A stretch of DNA of 64,000 nt from Thermoplasmatota archaeon (GCA_036626195.1 JAZKSH010000001.1:9334-73333); one strand, 5' to 3'. Positions 19,528 through 30,209 are shown, counted from the stretch's first letter. Numbers and translations: made by a program. Notes: a model not told the origin generated them from the letters alone.

Positions 19528-20163
19528 GTGATATTCATGGCTTCAGAAGATAAGTCTAAAGAAGATGCGGGAGATTGGTTCGACGAATTAGATGCCGAAT
19601 TAGAAGAGAAAACATCGGAAGTATTTAGAGACCTAGGAGAGCGGAATTCCAAGATGGCGGAGCTCAATCGACAATTCGTGAAGGACTTCTGGCGCATATG
19701 GATAAGGTTTGAAAAATTGAACGTGCATTTCAGCATGAAGCCTGATCACAGTTCTTTTGCTCGATTTAACGAATTCCCGGAAGATTGGGAGCTCAGAGAG
19801 GATTTTGACTTTTCCAACTTGAATAAAATTGAATTGATGGACAAGACCCAAGAAGACAACAGAACCGGAGATAGCATTGTACTCGAGTATTATTCTGAGG
19901 AGGACACTTTGAAGATAGGACTTTTCTTCGAATACTGCGAGGGGGAACAATATTACAAATACAGCGGTTGGAAGAGGATATTTGCAAGATACTCGCTTTT
20001 CGACGCCGAATTCCCCCTTGATGACGACAAGATGGACGAGTTCCATAATAAATTGAAGAGCGTCGTCAAAAGATGGTACGAATCACATCTGAAGCGGGAT
20101 AGAGACATAGTCCTCCAATATATCGAAGATGAGTTTGAGAAGATAGAGGAATATCCCGAGTAA
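19528..20163 (+). CDS. Hypothetical protein: a stand-alone copy of the C-terminal domain of the giant coiled-coil protein downstream
   Basis: About 50% identical to residues ~1545-1736 of ORF 20418..25628. Shared blocks are FPEDW, FDFS-L, LFFEYCE, RYSLF, KWYESHL. Confidence 0.55.
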   Translation: MIFMASEDKSKEDAGDWFDELDAELEEKTSEVFRDLGERNSKMAELNRQFVKDFWRIWIRFEKLNVHFSMKPDHSSFARFNEFPEDWELREDFDFSNLNKIELMDKTQEDNRTGDSIVLEYYSEEDTLKIGLFFEYCEGEQYYKYSGWKRIFARYSLFDAEFPLDDDKMDEFHNKLKSVVKRWYESHLKRDRDIVLQYIEDEFEKIEEYPE

Positions 20164-20417
20164 AAATACCTTTTTTCCACCTTATATTTAGTTGGCTTTG
20201 TTCATAGAATGCTACCTTTCATCAAGTAGAGTGATCGTTTTTAATCGAAAAATTTTATATCATGATGAAGGTATTATCAAAATAGATGAGACAAAAAGTC
20301 AACAGTCTTGAAGTTTTCACGCTTAGGAGGAGATTTAGAAGAACCTGTGTCGCTTCTAAAAATATACCAAGCTTTTGAAAAGTAATCATCCATAAAAAAC
20401 AGGATGCTAAGATAAAG

Positions 20418-23400
20418 ATGAGTGATGGAAAACAAAGTAAAGATGAATCAATCGACGAGTTAACCCAGATATCCGAGATAGAAGCCGAAAGAGCCAAAGA
20501 GCTCTGCGAAAATGGTTGTGAATCAATAGATGATCTCATAGACGAAGGGATTGAAGGACTGGTAGATAACTACCAATTTGAGGAAAAAAGGGCATCTGAA
20601 ATATTTAAAGAGGCTAAAGAACTGGAAAAAAAGAGGGTTGAGGAAGAGGAGGGAGGAGAAGTAGGTGAATTGCTAGATGAGATCGATGAGCTCGAGCAGT
20701 CCCTACCAGATTCGGATACCTCTGAAGAAGAAAAAGAATCTAGCGAAGAGAAAAAAGACGAAAAAGAAGGCAAGGGAGATCTGTCAACCCAGATCGAGGA
20801 ACTCGAGAAAGCACTTTCGGAGTCAGATATCGCGGAAGAATCGATAGAAAAAGAGATCGTAGAAAGAAAAAAAGAGAAAGAAAAATTGGAAAAGGAACTA
20901 GAAGAGTTGAAAAAAGAGAGAGACAAGGTCGAAGAAAGGGTTGAGGAATCTTCTGATCAGATATCTAGTCTAAAGGAGAAAAGAGATGAACTTGAAGGAG
21001 AAATAGATGACCTAGAAGAGAAAAAAGAAAAATTGGAAGAAGTCAAGGAAGAACTCAATGACATAGAGAAAGAGATCGACGAAAAGAAAGAGGAAAAAGA
21101 AAGTCTAGAGGAAGAACTCGAAAATTTGAAAGAGGAAAGAGAAGCTCTAGAAGAGAGGGAAAAAGAGTTAGAAAATTACGAAGAAGAATTGGAAGAGAAA
21201 AAGAAAAAAATTAGCGAAAAGGAAAAAGAACTAGAAGATAAAAAAAGTGAACTCGATGAACACGAAAGTGAACTTGAAGAACTAAAAAGCGAAAAAGAGG
21301 AGCTTGAAGATGAAATAGATGAACTGGAAACTACAAAAGATGACCTAGAAGAACTCGAAGAAGAAAAGGAAAATTTGGAAGACGAAATCGAAAGCCTGAA
21401 AGAAAGTAAGGAAAGATTGGCGGAAAAAGAAGACCAACTTGAAGAGTATGAAAATGAACTGGAGAAGAAAAAGGAAAAAATAAGCGAAAAAGAAAAAGAA
21501 CTAGATGACAAAAAAAACGAAATCGATGATTACGAAAGCGAGCTTGAAGAACTAAAAGATGAAAAACAACAGCTCGAAGATGACGTCAATCAATTCTCTG
21601 AGCAGATCTCCGACCTAGAAGACGAAAAAGAGGAGCTTGAAGATAAAATAGATGAACTGGAAACTACAAAAGATGATCTAGAAGAACTCGAAGAAGAGAA
21701 GGAAAATTTGGAAGACGAAATCGAAAGCCTGAAAGAAAGTAAGGAAAGACTGGCTGAAAAAGAAGATCAACTGGAAGAGTACGAAGGTAAATTAGAGGAG
21801 AAAAAAAGTGAACTTAATGAACTAAAAGAGGAAAAACAACAGCTCAAAGACGACGTCAACCAATTCCATGAGGAGATTTCTAAGCTGGAAGACGAAAAGG
21901 AAGAACTTGAAAAGGAGGTCAACGAAAGGAAAGAAGAAAAAGAAAGTTTGAAAGAAGAACTAGAAAGCAAGGAAGACCAAAAAGATAAGTTAGAACGTCA
22001 GGAAAAAAAATTGAAAGAATATAATCAGAAATTAAAAGATAAAAAGGAGAAAATAAGCGAAAAAGAAAAAGAACTGGAAGATAAAAAAAGCGAACTAGAG
22101 GAACACGAAAATGAACTACAAGAACTAAAAGAGGAAAAACAACAGCTCAAAGGCGAGATCAACCAATTTTCTGGACGGGTATCTGATCTGGAAGAGAAAA
22201 AAGAAGGACTTGAAGACAAAATAGAGGAACTAGAAAGGAAAAAAGAAGAGTTAGAAGGACTCGATGAGAAACTCCAGCAGATAGAAAAGAAGATCGATGA
22301 AAAAACAGAAGAGAAGAAAAACCTAGAAGAAGAATTAAAGGATCTGAAAGAGCAGAAAAAGAGATTAAAAGAACGGAAAAAAGAACTGGAAGAATATGAA
22401 GAAGAGTTGGAAGATAAAGAGGAAAAAATAAACGAAAAAGAAAAGGAACTAGAGGGGAAAAGAGAGAAGATCGAGCACCGAGTCGAAGAATTAGAGAAGA
22501 ATAAAACCAAACTTGAGAAGAAAAAAGAGCGACTAGAGGAAAAGAAGGAGGAACTGGATAAGAAAGAGGGTGAGTTAAAAAAGGAAGAAAAAAGGCTAGG
22601 ATCGTGGGAAGATGAGCTTGCAGATAAAAAAAAGAAGTTAGATGAAAAGGAAAAAAAACTAGGAGAGGAAAAAGAAAATCTTAAAGGAAAAGGAAACAGG
22701 CTAGATCTGTGGGAGGTCAAACTCGAAGGGTGGGAAAAGCAGTTGGAAGATAGGTTAGAAAAAATAAAGGAGAAAGAAGAAGAGATCGAAACTCGAGAGG
22801 AAACCCTCACATCAACAGAAGAGGAATTGGAAGAGAAAGATGGAAAACTTCAGGACAAGGAAAAAGAACTCCAGTCTAAAGAGGATTCTCTAGAGAACTT
22901 AAAGAAAAATCTGGAAGAAAAAGAAGAGAGGCTGGAAAAAAGGAAAGAATCCCTAGAAGAGTTAGAAGATGAACTTGAAGAAAAAGAGGATGACTTGGAG
23001 AATTTCGAGGAAAAACTTGAAAACAAGAAGAAAGAACAGGACATAAGAGAGGTGAAATTAGAAGGGTGGGAAAGCCAGCTGGAAGAAAGGGATAATAACC
23101 TATCGGAAAAAGCTGATGCCCTAGAGGGGGAAGAAGAAGAACTTGAAGAAACTAGAGTGCAGCTATCCCAAAAAGAAGAGGAACTTGATGAGTTAGAGAG
23201 TGAACTGAGAGATAAAGAAAAATCATTAGAGGATTTAGAAGAAGAGCTAGAAGAGCGGAAAGAAAGATTGGAAAATTACGATAAAGAGCTACAAGAGAAA
23301 GAGGGCGAATTGGAAGAACGGGAGGAACTATTGGACGAAAAAGAGGAAAAATTGGAAAACAAGGAGGATGAACTAGAAAATTGGGATGGAGAGCTGAAGG

Positions 23401-25628
23401 AGAAAAAAGAAAATCTAGATGAACTGAAAAACGAGCTGGACGAGAGAGAAAAAGAAATAGAAAGCGAGAATCAGAAACTCCAGGAGAGGGAAGAAGAGCT
23501 CGATAAATTAGAGGATGGGTTGGAGTCTAGAGAGGAGGAATTGAATAGCTTTGAAGAAGAGCTAGACGGGAGAGAAGAGGAATTAAAAACCTGGAAATCT
23601 GAACTGGAAGAGAGAGAAGGAAAGCAGGAAGAATTTGAAGAAGAATTAGAAAAACGGGAGAGACGGTTGATAGAACAGCAGAAAAATCTCGACCTCCAGG
23701 AAGTCAAATTGGAGGGATGGGAATCTACTCTAGATGAAAGAGAAAATTCCTTGGACCAAAGAGAAGCAGAGTTAAAGGAAAGAAAAAACGACCTTATCGA
23801 AACTAAAGATGAAGTCAACCAGAGAAAGAAAGAGCTGGATGAATATAGTGATGAACTAGAAGAAAAAGAGGAATCTTTGGAAGAATTTGAAGAGACATTG
23901 GGTGAACGTGAGAGAGAACTTGACGAGAGCCAAAAATCCATCGAAAAAAAGGAGTCTGAATTGAGCCAAAGGGAAGAGGAACTCGATGATTTGAAAGAAA
24001 AATTGGACACAAGGAGAGAAGATATTTCAGAAAAAGAAGATGAGTTACAAAGCTGGGAAAGCGAGCTGGAAGATAAGGAAGCCTCCCTAAAAGAAAAAGA
24101 AAGCAAATTAAATAGAAAAGAAAAAGAGATCGAAGAAGAAAAAAGCGTGCTTGATGAGCGGAAAGAGAAGTTGGAAGAAATAAAAGATGATCTAGATGGT
24201 CGAGAAAAGGAGTTGGACGAGGTCGAGAAAAAATTAGAGAAAAGGGACGGAGAATTGAGATCTTGGGAGGAAGAGTTAGAAGAAAGGGAAAAAATACTCG
24301 ATAAGGAGAGAAACGATCTTGAGGAAATGAGAGACGAATTGGAAAGAAAAGAAAAGAGACTACAGGATAAAGAGAACGAGGTCGACTTTAGAGAAGTTAA
24401 GGTCGAGGGTTGGGAACGGGAGATGGAACAGAGAGCGCAAAAACTCTCTGACAAATCAAAAAGTCTAGACGAAAGGGAAGAGATATTGGCCAAAACTAAA
24501 AATGACCTCGATAAAAGAGAGGAAGAACTTTTAGACCTTGAAGAAGAATTCAGAGAGAAGCAAAAGTCCTTAGAAGCCTTTGAAGAAAAACTTCAGAAGA
24601 ATGAAACCGAACTCGAGGATTATAGAAGCCGATTGGAAAGAAAAGAGGCTGAGATCAAGGAGAAGGATAGAAATCTAGATCAACGTGAGAAAGAGATCGA
24701 TTCCTGGAGAGAGGACTTGGAAGAAAGGGAAGAAAAAATAGAGGAAAAATCTGATGAACTGGATGAAAGGATGGAAAGCCTGAATAAAAAGGAAGATGAA
24801 TTGACAGAGATGAAGGAAGAGTTAGAAGAAAGAGAAAAGAGTTTAGAAGAGGAAAGAGAAAAAATAAGGAAAGACGGGGAAGAATTAGAAAAGGAAAAAA
24901 GCAGGATATCCGAGATGGAAGCGGATTTAGAATCTGAAAAGGAAAAGGTAGAAGAAAAGAAAGCCGAGCTAAAGAGGGAGGAAAAAGAACTCAAAGAGAG
25001 AAAACAAGAGGTTAAGATGAAAAAGGAGGAACTGCTCGAAGTCTCAGAAGATACGGAGGAGAAAGCGAAAAAGATCTGGGAGCATTTCCAGAATGATGAA
25101 AAAATAGACGTGAATATGAAGGAACTGAACAAACAGTTGATAAGAGACTTTATTAGGATATGGAGCAGGTTCCAAAAAGCCGATGCCCACATAGGGATGC
25201 ATCCTGAGCCGAGCTCTTTCGCTGAGTTCATCAGCTTCCCCGAGGATTGGAAGTTCAAAGACGAATTCGATTTCTCTAAATTGAAGATGATCAGGTTGAC
25301 CAAGAAAACCCAATATGAAAATGGAGCTGAAGATGGTTTAATTTTAGATTACCATCTTGACAGTGATAAAGATCTTGTTATGGAATTATTTTTCGAATAT
25401 TGTGAAGAGAACACATACTCACGATCTTGGGGATGGGGGCGAAGCGTGACTAGATATTCTCTGTTTTCTGAAAAGCTCCCCCTTGAAGACGATAGGATGG
25501 GGGTATTCCATGAAGAATTAAAGGATTTTGTTAAAAAATGGTACGAATCTCATCTGACAAAGCATAGGGATCTGATACTCGATTACGTAGAGGACGAATA
25601 CGAGAGGGTGGAAAGTCGCCTTGAGTAG
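20418..25628 (+). CDS. Giant (1736 aa) coiled-coil protein: HhH-like N-terminus, ~1450 aa E/K-rich repetitive coiled coil, conserved C-terminal globular domain
   Basis: A single uninterrupted ORF. The reverse-strand Ser-rich ORFs inside it are frame artefacts. 333-nt tandem repeat units and a recurring EVKLEGWE motif are present. Confidence 0.7.
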   Translation: MSDGKQSKDESIDELTQISEIEAERAKELCENGCESIDDLIDEGIEGLVDNYQFEEKRASEIFKEAKELEKKRVEEEEGGEVGELLDEIDELEQSLPDSDTSEEEKESSEEKKDEKEGKGDLSTQIEELEKALSESDIAEESIEKEIVERKKEKEKLEKELEELKKERDKVEERVEESSDQISSLKEKRDELEGEIDDLEEKKEKLEEVKEELNDIEKEIDEKKEEKESLEEELENLKEEREALEEREKELENYEEELEEKKKKISEKEKELEDKKSELDEHESELEELKSEKEELEDEIDELETTKDDLEELEEEKENLEDEIESLKESKERLAEKEDQLEEYENELEKKKEKISEKEKELDDKKNEIDDYESELEELKDEKQQLEDDVNQFSEQISDLEDEKEELEDKIDELETTKDDLEELEEEKENLEDEIESLKESKERLAEKEDQLEEYEGKLEEKKSELNELKEEKQQLKDDVNQFHEEISKLEDEKEELEKEVNERKEEKESLKEELESKEDQKDKLERQEKKLKEYNQKLKDKKEKISEKEKELEDKKSELEEHENELQELKEEKQQLKGEINQFSGRVSDLEEKKEGLEDKIEELERKKEELEGLDEKLQQIEKKIDEKTEEKKNLEEELKDLKEQKKRLKERKKELEEYEEELEDKEEKINEKEKELEGKREKIEHRVEELEKNKTKLEKKKERLEEKKEELDKKEGELKKEEKRLGSWEDELADKKKKLDEKEKKLGEEKENLKGKGNRLDLWEVKLEGWEKQLEDRLEKIKEKEEEIETREETLTSTEEELEEKDGKLQDKEKELQSKEDSLENLKKNLEEKEERLEKRKESLEELEDELEEKEDDLENFEEKLENKKKEQDIREVKLEGWESQLEERDNNLSEKADALEGEEEELEETRVQLSQKEEELDELESELRDKEKSLEDLEEELEERKERLENYDKELQEKEGELEEREELLDEKEEKLENKEDELENWDGELKEKKENLDELKNELDEREKEIESENQKLQEREEELDKLEDGLESREEELNSFEEELDGREEELKTWKSELEEREGKQEEFEEELEKRERRLIEQQKNLDLQEVKLEGWESTLDERENSLDQREAELKERKNDLIETKDEVNQRKKELDEYSDELEEKEESLEEFEETLGERERELDESQKSIEKKESELSQREEELDDLKEKLDTRREDISEKEDELQSWESELEDKEASLKEKESKLNRKEKEIEEEKSVLDERKEKLEEIKDDLDGREKELDEVEKKLEKRDGELRSWEEELEEREKILDKERNDLEEMRDELERKEKRLQDKENEVDFREVKVEGWEREMEQRAQKLSDKSKSLDEREEILAKTKNDLDKREEELLDLEEEFREKQKSLEAFEEKLQKNETELEDYRSRLERKEAEIKEKDRNLDQREKEIDSWREDLEEREEKIEEKSDELDERMESLNKKEDELTEMKEELEEREKSLEEEREKIRKDGEELEKEKSRISEMEADLESEKEKVEEKKAELKREEKELKERKQEVKMKKEELLEVSEDTEEKAKKIWEHFQNDEKIDVNMKELNKQLIRDFIRIWSRFQKADAHIGMHPEPSSFAEFISFPEDWKFKDEFDFSKLKMIRLTKKTQYENGAEDGLILDYHLDSDKDLVMELFFEYCEENTYSRSWGWGRSVTRYSLFSEKLPLEDDRMGVFHEELKDFVKKWYESHLTKHRDLILDYVEDEYERVESRLE

Positions 25629-25747
25629 AAAAAATGCAATAATACCGAAAGCAACTTTCACTTACCCCTCCCCTGCTAAATATTAAATAAGAGCGGCTCC
25701 TCTACTAATAGCGGTCCAAAAAACAAGACGGACCATGAAGTGATAAA

Positions 25748-27061
25748 ATGCAAGAAAAAGAAAAATTCGCGCCCCACATAGAAGATATAAACCGGGCGTT
25801 AAACGGAAAGTTGAGCGAAGATCAGATCGAAGAGGAACTCCGTACCTATACGGAAAGATACGGAGTGCCCTTGGGAAGTGCAAAAAGATCTATCGTCAAG
25901 AAGTACGAGGGAGATCCTCAGGAACTCTATGTCAGTACAGAGAAAGCTATAGAGGATATAGAGGGTAACGAACAGGGTCTTAACCTCAAATGCAGGATCG
26001 TCTCGATAAACGAGAAAGAGATCGAAGTCGACGAGGAACCGAAGCAGATATGGTACGGTATACTCGGAGACGAGACTGGGACAATCCCTTTCACGCTTTG
26101 GGAAGAACCGTCTATCGAACTGGATAAAGGAGATACTATTAAGATAGAGAACGGCTACGCTAACACATGGAACGAGAAACCGCAGGTGAACATCGGTTCC
26201 AAGGCGAGCATAAAGGAAATAGAAAGCGAAGAGGTACCAGATTTCGATAGAGAACCGCAGAAGCTGGATCTGAAAGATATCAGGGAGAACATGAGGAACC
26301 TCGATGTGACCGCGAGAGTAACGTCCATCGAGAAGAAGATAGTTAACGGTCAGGATGACGAGGAAAAAGAACTCTATTCTGGTATCATTGCGGACGAATC
26401 AGGAAAGGCACAGTTCAGCGCGTGGCACGACTTCGGTATAGAACAGGACGACGTGATCAGAGTTAAAGGCGGTTATGTAAGATCCTGGAGAGGTATACCT
26501 CAGTACAGCTTCGACGATAGTGCCGAAGTTGAGTTTTTAGATGACGACGAGTTACCCCCTTCCGAGGAGCTTGATGAGATTTCAGTTTACACCATCTCCG
26601 ACCTCGCTAAAAGAGGCGGGGCCGTAGACGCTATAGTTGACGCGGTAATGATCGATATAAAGAGCGGCAGCGGTCTCATATTTAGATGCCCCGAGTGTAG
26701 AAGAGTTATACAGAAAGGGGCATGCAGGGTACATGGAAAAGTCGACGGTGAACCGGATCTAAGGGTCAAAGGCATCCTGGATGACGGAACAGGCGCATTG
26801 ACGGTGGTAATCAATAAAGAATTGACGGAAGAAGTGCTCGGTTATGACCTTGAGGAAGCCATGGATGCAGCAAAAGACGCCATGAATCAAGAAGTGATCA
26901 GAGATGAAGTGGAAGAGAAGTTGATCGCTCAGCCGTTGCGAGTCAAAGGCAACATCACCAGCGATGACTACGGATTGATGCTGATAGCGGACGAAGTCGA
27001 CTACAAGAGTATAGACGTGGAAGAAGAAGCTAGAAAGATGTTAGATGAGGTGAGAGTATGA
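25748..27061 (+). CDS. rpa: Replication protein A (multi-OB-fold ssDNA-binding protein with zinc ribbon)
   Basis: Repeated OB-fold blocks and a CPECRRV...CRVHGK zinc ribbon. Confidence 0.8.
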   Translation: MQEKEKFAPHIEDINRALNGKLSEDQIEEELRTYTERYGVPLGSAKRSIVKKYEGDPQELYVSTEKAIEDIEGNEQGLNLKCRIVSINEKEIEVDEEPKQIWYGILGDETGTIPFTLWEEPSIELDKGDTIKIENGYANTWNEKPQVNIGSKASIKEIESEEVPDFDREPQKLDLKDIRENMRNLDVTARVTSIEKKIVNGQDDEEKELYSGIIADESGKAQFSAWHDFGIEQDDVIRVKGGYVRSWRGIPQYSFDDSAEVEFLDDDELPPSEELDEISVYTISDLAKRGGAVDAIVDAVMIDIKSGSGLIFRCPECRRVIQKGACRVHGKVDGEPDLRVKGILDDGTGALTVVINKELTEEVLGYDLEEAMDAAKDAMNQEVIRDEVEEKLIAQPLRVKGNITSDDYGLMLIADEVDYKSIDVEEEARKMLDEVRV

Positions 27062-27118
27062 GGGTAAACACCACTCCCTCATCCTTTTTATCGTTAAAAT
27101 CAAACAGGAGGTTTTAAG

Positions 27119-28012
27119 ATGAGTATGATAAATAGAGAAGTAGCTTGGAGAGTGTTCGCTAGAGAGTTCAACGACTCTGACCTGATGTTAGAAGGGGACG
27201 AGGAAAGAGCCCCGAGCTACTTGGTAACGCCGTTAGGAGCCAAGATTAATCGGATATATCTAGTAGGTGTTTTGACAGAATGTGAAAACATAGGGACGGA
27301 GGAAGAACCCATGTGGCGAGCAAGGATTACCGATCCTACCGGAACTTTCTTCGTGTCGGCCGGTCAGTATCAACCCGGTGTAGCGACTGCCTTGGCAAAC
27401 ATGGAGCCTCCTCTTTTTGTGTCTGTGGTCGGAAAGGCCAGCACGTATCAACCTGACGAGGAGACTTTCCTGACCTCTATAAGGGCGGAGATGATCAAAG
27501 AAGTAGATGAGGAACAGCGTGATATCTGGATATTGGAAGCGGCGAGATCCTTAAAAGATAGACTAGAGATCGGCATAGAGGCTTCTAAGATGGAAGAGGT
27601 ATCCGTAGAAGAACTGGTCGATCTCGGTTTTGAAGAAAAATTGGCGGAAGGTTTCAAAAAGGCGTCGGAGCACTACGAATCATCCTCTTTTGAGAATTAC
27701 GAGCGGATGCTGGAGGATTCACTTAGATACGTTCTCCCAGAATACGAGAGTCAATCCATTGAAGATATAGAGAAGGAGGAGAAAGAAGACGAAGATAGAG
27801 ACGAGGAACTCGAAGAATTGATAATCGGCATCGTTTCAGACATCGAAGAAAAAGAGGATCTAGAAAACGGTGTGGAATACGAGAGGGTAAAAAGTGAAGT
27901 CATGGACGAGGAAGATATCAATCAGGATAAATTTGAAGAAGTAGTGAACGACCTGAGATCCGACGGAAGGCTCTACGAACCCGTTTTAGGGAACTTAAAA
28001 GTGATCGGGTAG
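27119..28012 (+). CDS. RPA-associated OB-fold protein (RPA32/RPAP-like)
   Basis: Single OB-fold N-terminal region with an acidic C-terminal tail, immediately downstream of rpa. Confidence 0.45.
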   Translation: MSMINREVAWRVFAREFNDSDLMLEGDEERAPSYLVTPLGAKINRIYLVGVLTECENIGTEEEPMWRARITDPTGTFFVSAGQYQPGVATALANMEPPLFVSVVGKASTYQPDEETFLTSIRAEMIKEVDEEQRDIWILEAARSLKDRLEIGIEASKMEEVSVEELVDLGFEEKLAEGFKKASEHYESSSFENYERMLEDSLRYVLPEYESQSIEDIEKEEKEDEDRDEELEELIIGIVSDIEEKEDLENGVEYERVKSEVMDEEDINQDKFEEVVNDLRSDGRLYEPVLGNLKVIG

Positions 28013-28017
28013 CCTCT

Positions 28018-28785
28018 TCAACTTTTTTCTTCTCCCTCTTCGTCCTTTTCATTTTCCTTCTGTTCGCTTATCGCCTCTTTCATCTTAAGGTCTCCCTCTA
28101 CAACTTTTTTGGCGAGATCCTTTGAGATGGTTATATCTCCACTCTCTATCCGGCTCCTTCTCTGCATCTCCCTCATCTCGCCTTCTGTCGCGTTGACATC
28201 ATAATCCCCTAAAGCCAATTCACCTTCACTGAGAGCGATCTTTTTAGCCGCCTCTATATCGGGAGAATCGGTCAGTTTTGTGGTGCCCTCTTCATTCACG
28301 ATCTCTATCCTCACCGCTAGCCCCTCTAGGGAATTTATAGTCCTGTTCCGGTTGGTTTTATCCCCGTGGCCTATCCTGATAGTCATCCTCTGGAAATCGT
28401 AACCCTCTATGAACCCTTCGACTTTCTTTCTCACCTCTTCAGGTGACTCCGCATGCAGGGTCTCTAGAACCTTCCCGTCACCTACGAGAGCTATCCCTGG
28501 TTGGGTTCCCGGATCGATGCCTACGATCATGCTTTGATATGATAATTTTCCCTTTATCATGGAAAGCGCTTTTCGAACACCTTTCCTTATATCGTCGTCA
28601 ACAGCTACTACATTCTGAAAATCTATCCCTTCGGCTTCATGCTCAGTGGTTAAGATAACCTCGACATTAGAGGGAACGGGATCGGAAGGGGATAAACTGA
28701 TAAACGGGATGTTCCTCTGTTTCAACTCCCTTACCATCTCGTAGTAGAATTCGAAATTCTCCGTCGCTATCGCTAGTATCTTCAC
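28018..28785 (-). CDS. RNase H-fold (YqgF/RuvC-like, DUF460-like) nuclease-domain protein, tentative
   Basis: The MIVGIDPGTQPGIALVGDGKV motif is typical of YqgF/RuvC-fold nucleases. Confidence 0.35.
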   Translation of the reverse strand: MKILAIATENFEFYYEMVRELKQRNIPFISLSPSDPVPSNVEVILTTEHEAEGIDFQNVVAVDDDIRKGVRKALSMIKGKLSYQSMIVGIDPGTQPGIALVGDGKVLETLHAESPEEVRKKVEGFIEGYDFQRMTIRIGHGDKTNRNRTINSLEGLAVRIEIVNEEGTTKLTDSPDIEAAKKIALSEGELALGDYDVNATEGEMREMQRRSRIESGDITISKDLAKKVVEGDLKMKEAISEQKENEKDEEGEEKS

Positions 28786-28844
28786 AGATATAGAAATATG
28801 TTAAGGAATATAGAGTTTTTGAATTTAGAAAAAAGAAAAAGGGT

Positions 28845-30209
28845 TTAGCTGAGGTCCACATCTGGAGCGTCTTCTATGTATCCCGCTTCCATCATGTGTT
28901 GGGTTTTATCCCTGCTGGACTGGATAGCTTTCTCAGCTTTCTCTCGCAGCTGCTCTTCTGAGAGATCTTTTTTCGCCAGCCCCTGTTCTATTGCTTTTCG
29001 ACCAACACGAACAGCCTGCCGGATGTAGACTTCCGTATTTTCCATAGTAGGAACGAGGCTTTCCTCGTCAAGTCCTTTCTCTTCCGCCACTTCGGCGATG
29101 GCATAAGCGGCCTCGATGTGCATTTCGTCACTTATGGTTTCTGCCCTGACGTCTAGGGTGCCTCTGAAAATGCCCGGGAAGCCTATCGAATTGTTCACCT
29201 GGTTGGGGAAGTCTGAACGGCCGGTACCTACGATCCTAACCCCGGCGTCTTTAGCATCCCAGGGCCAAATTTCAGGTATAGGATTGGCCTCAGCGAAGAG
29301 TATACCGTCGTCGTTCATCCCCCCTAACCATTCTTTTTTGATCGTATCAGGACCAGGAGCCGAGGCAGCGACCACAACATCTTTACCTTCTATCAACTCG
29401 GGAATGCCACCTTCTTTTTCTTCCTTGTTCGTCTTCTGGGCGAATTTCCACTTTTCAGGCGTAGTTTCTTCATCTAGATCCTCTCTCCCGGGGTGCAGAA
29501 GACCTGTCGAATCACAGAGATACAGGTTCTCCTCAGGTAATCCCGCCTTGAGGAGTGTTCTCGCTAGACAGAGGTTGGCGGCACCAGCACCTATTAGTCC
29601 GACTTCCACTTTGTCTAATTCTTTATCTACAACTTTCAGTCCGTTGATTATGCCTGCTAGGGTGATCGCCGCGGTTCCCTGCTGGTCGTCGTGCCATACG
29701 GGTATGTCCAATTCCTCTCTAAGTCTATCTAGAACCTCGAAACACTTGGGTGTAGCTATATCTTCTAGATTGATACCGCCGAAGGAAGGAGCTATCCACT
29801 TGACCGCTTGAACTATCTCATCGGGTTCGTGTGCATTTAAACAAATCGGGAAGGCATCTACTCCCCCTAGGTATTTGAACAATAAACCTTTACCTTCCAT
29901 CACGGGCATCCCTGCTTCAGGTCCTATATCTCCAAGACCTAGGACTCTACTTCCATCGCTGACTACAGCTACGTTATTCCATTTGTTCGTATGTTCATAC
30001 ACCATCTCGGGATTTTTAGATATGTCTTCACACGGTTCTGCTACTCCCGGGGTGTACCAAACTCCGAAGTCGTCGAAACTTTTGATCTGTACCTTTGGAG
30101 ATACATCTATCTTTCCCCTGTAGAATGGATGCCACTCCATGGCTTTCTTAGCCGGTTCCTTCGCCTTTTCCAATAATTCTTCCTTGGTGACCTTTTCTTT
30201 TTCTCCCAT
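28845..30209 (-). CDS. NAD(P)-dependent malic enzyme
   Basis: Malic-enzyme blocks [20 protein letters not shown] and GAGAAN are present. The ORF extends to 30305, but Met 30209 is the likely start. Confidence 0.85.
   Translation of the reverse strand: MGEKEKVTKEELLEKAKEPAKKAMEWHPFYRGKIDVSPKVQIKSFDDFGVWYTPGVAEPCEDISKNPEMVYEHTNKWNNVAVVSDGSRVLGLGDIGPEAGMPVMEGKGLLFKYLGGVDAFPICLNAHEPDEIVQAVKWIAPSFGGINLEDIATPKCFEVLDRLREELDIPVWHDDQQGTAAITLAGIINGLKVVDKELDKVEVGLIGAGAANLCLARTLLKAGLPEENLYLCDSTGLLHPGREDLDEETTPEKWKFAQKTNKEEKEGGIPELIEGKDVVVAASAPGPDTIKKEWLGGMNDDGILFAEANPIPEIWPWDAKDAGVRIVGTGRSDFPNQVNNSIGFPGIFRGTLDVRAETISDEMHIEAAYAIAEVAEEKGLDEESLVPTMENTEVYIRQAVRVGRKAIEQGLAKKDLSEEQLREKAEKAIQSSRDKTQHMMEAGYIEDAPDVDLS

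Noticed and set aside
20570-24493. Long Ser/Phe-rich ORFs on the minus strand inside the giant coiled-coil gene (for example 22025..22810, 23471..24493)
   Set aside because: They are frame artefacts of the GAA/AAG-rich sense strand (the reverse complement reads TTC/CTT, giving S/F/L-rich text). There are no independent start or stop signals and the sense ORF is uninterrupted.
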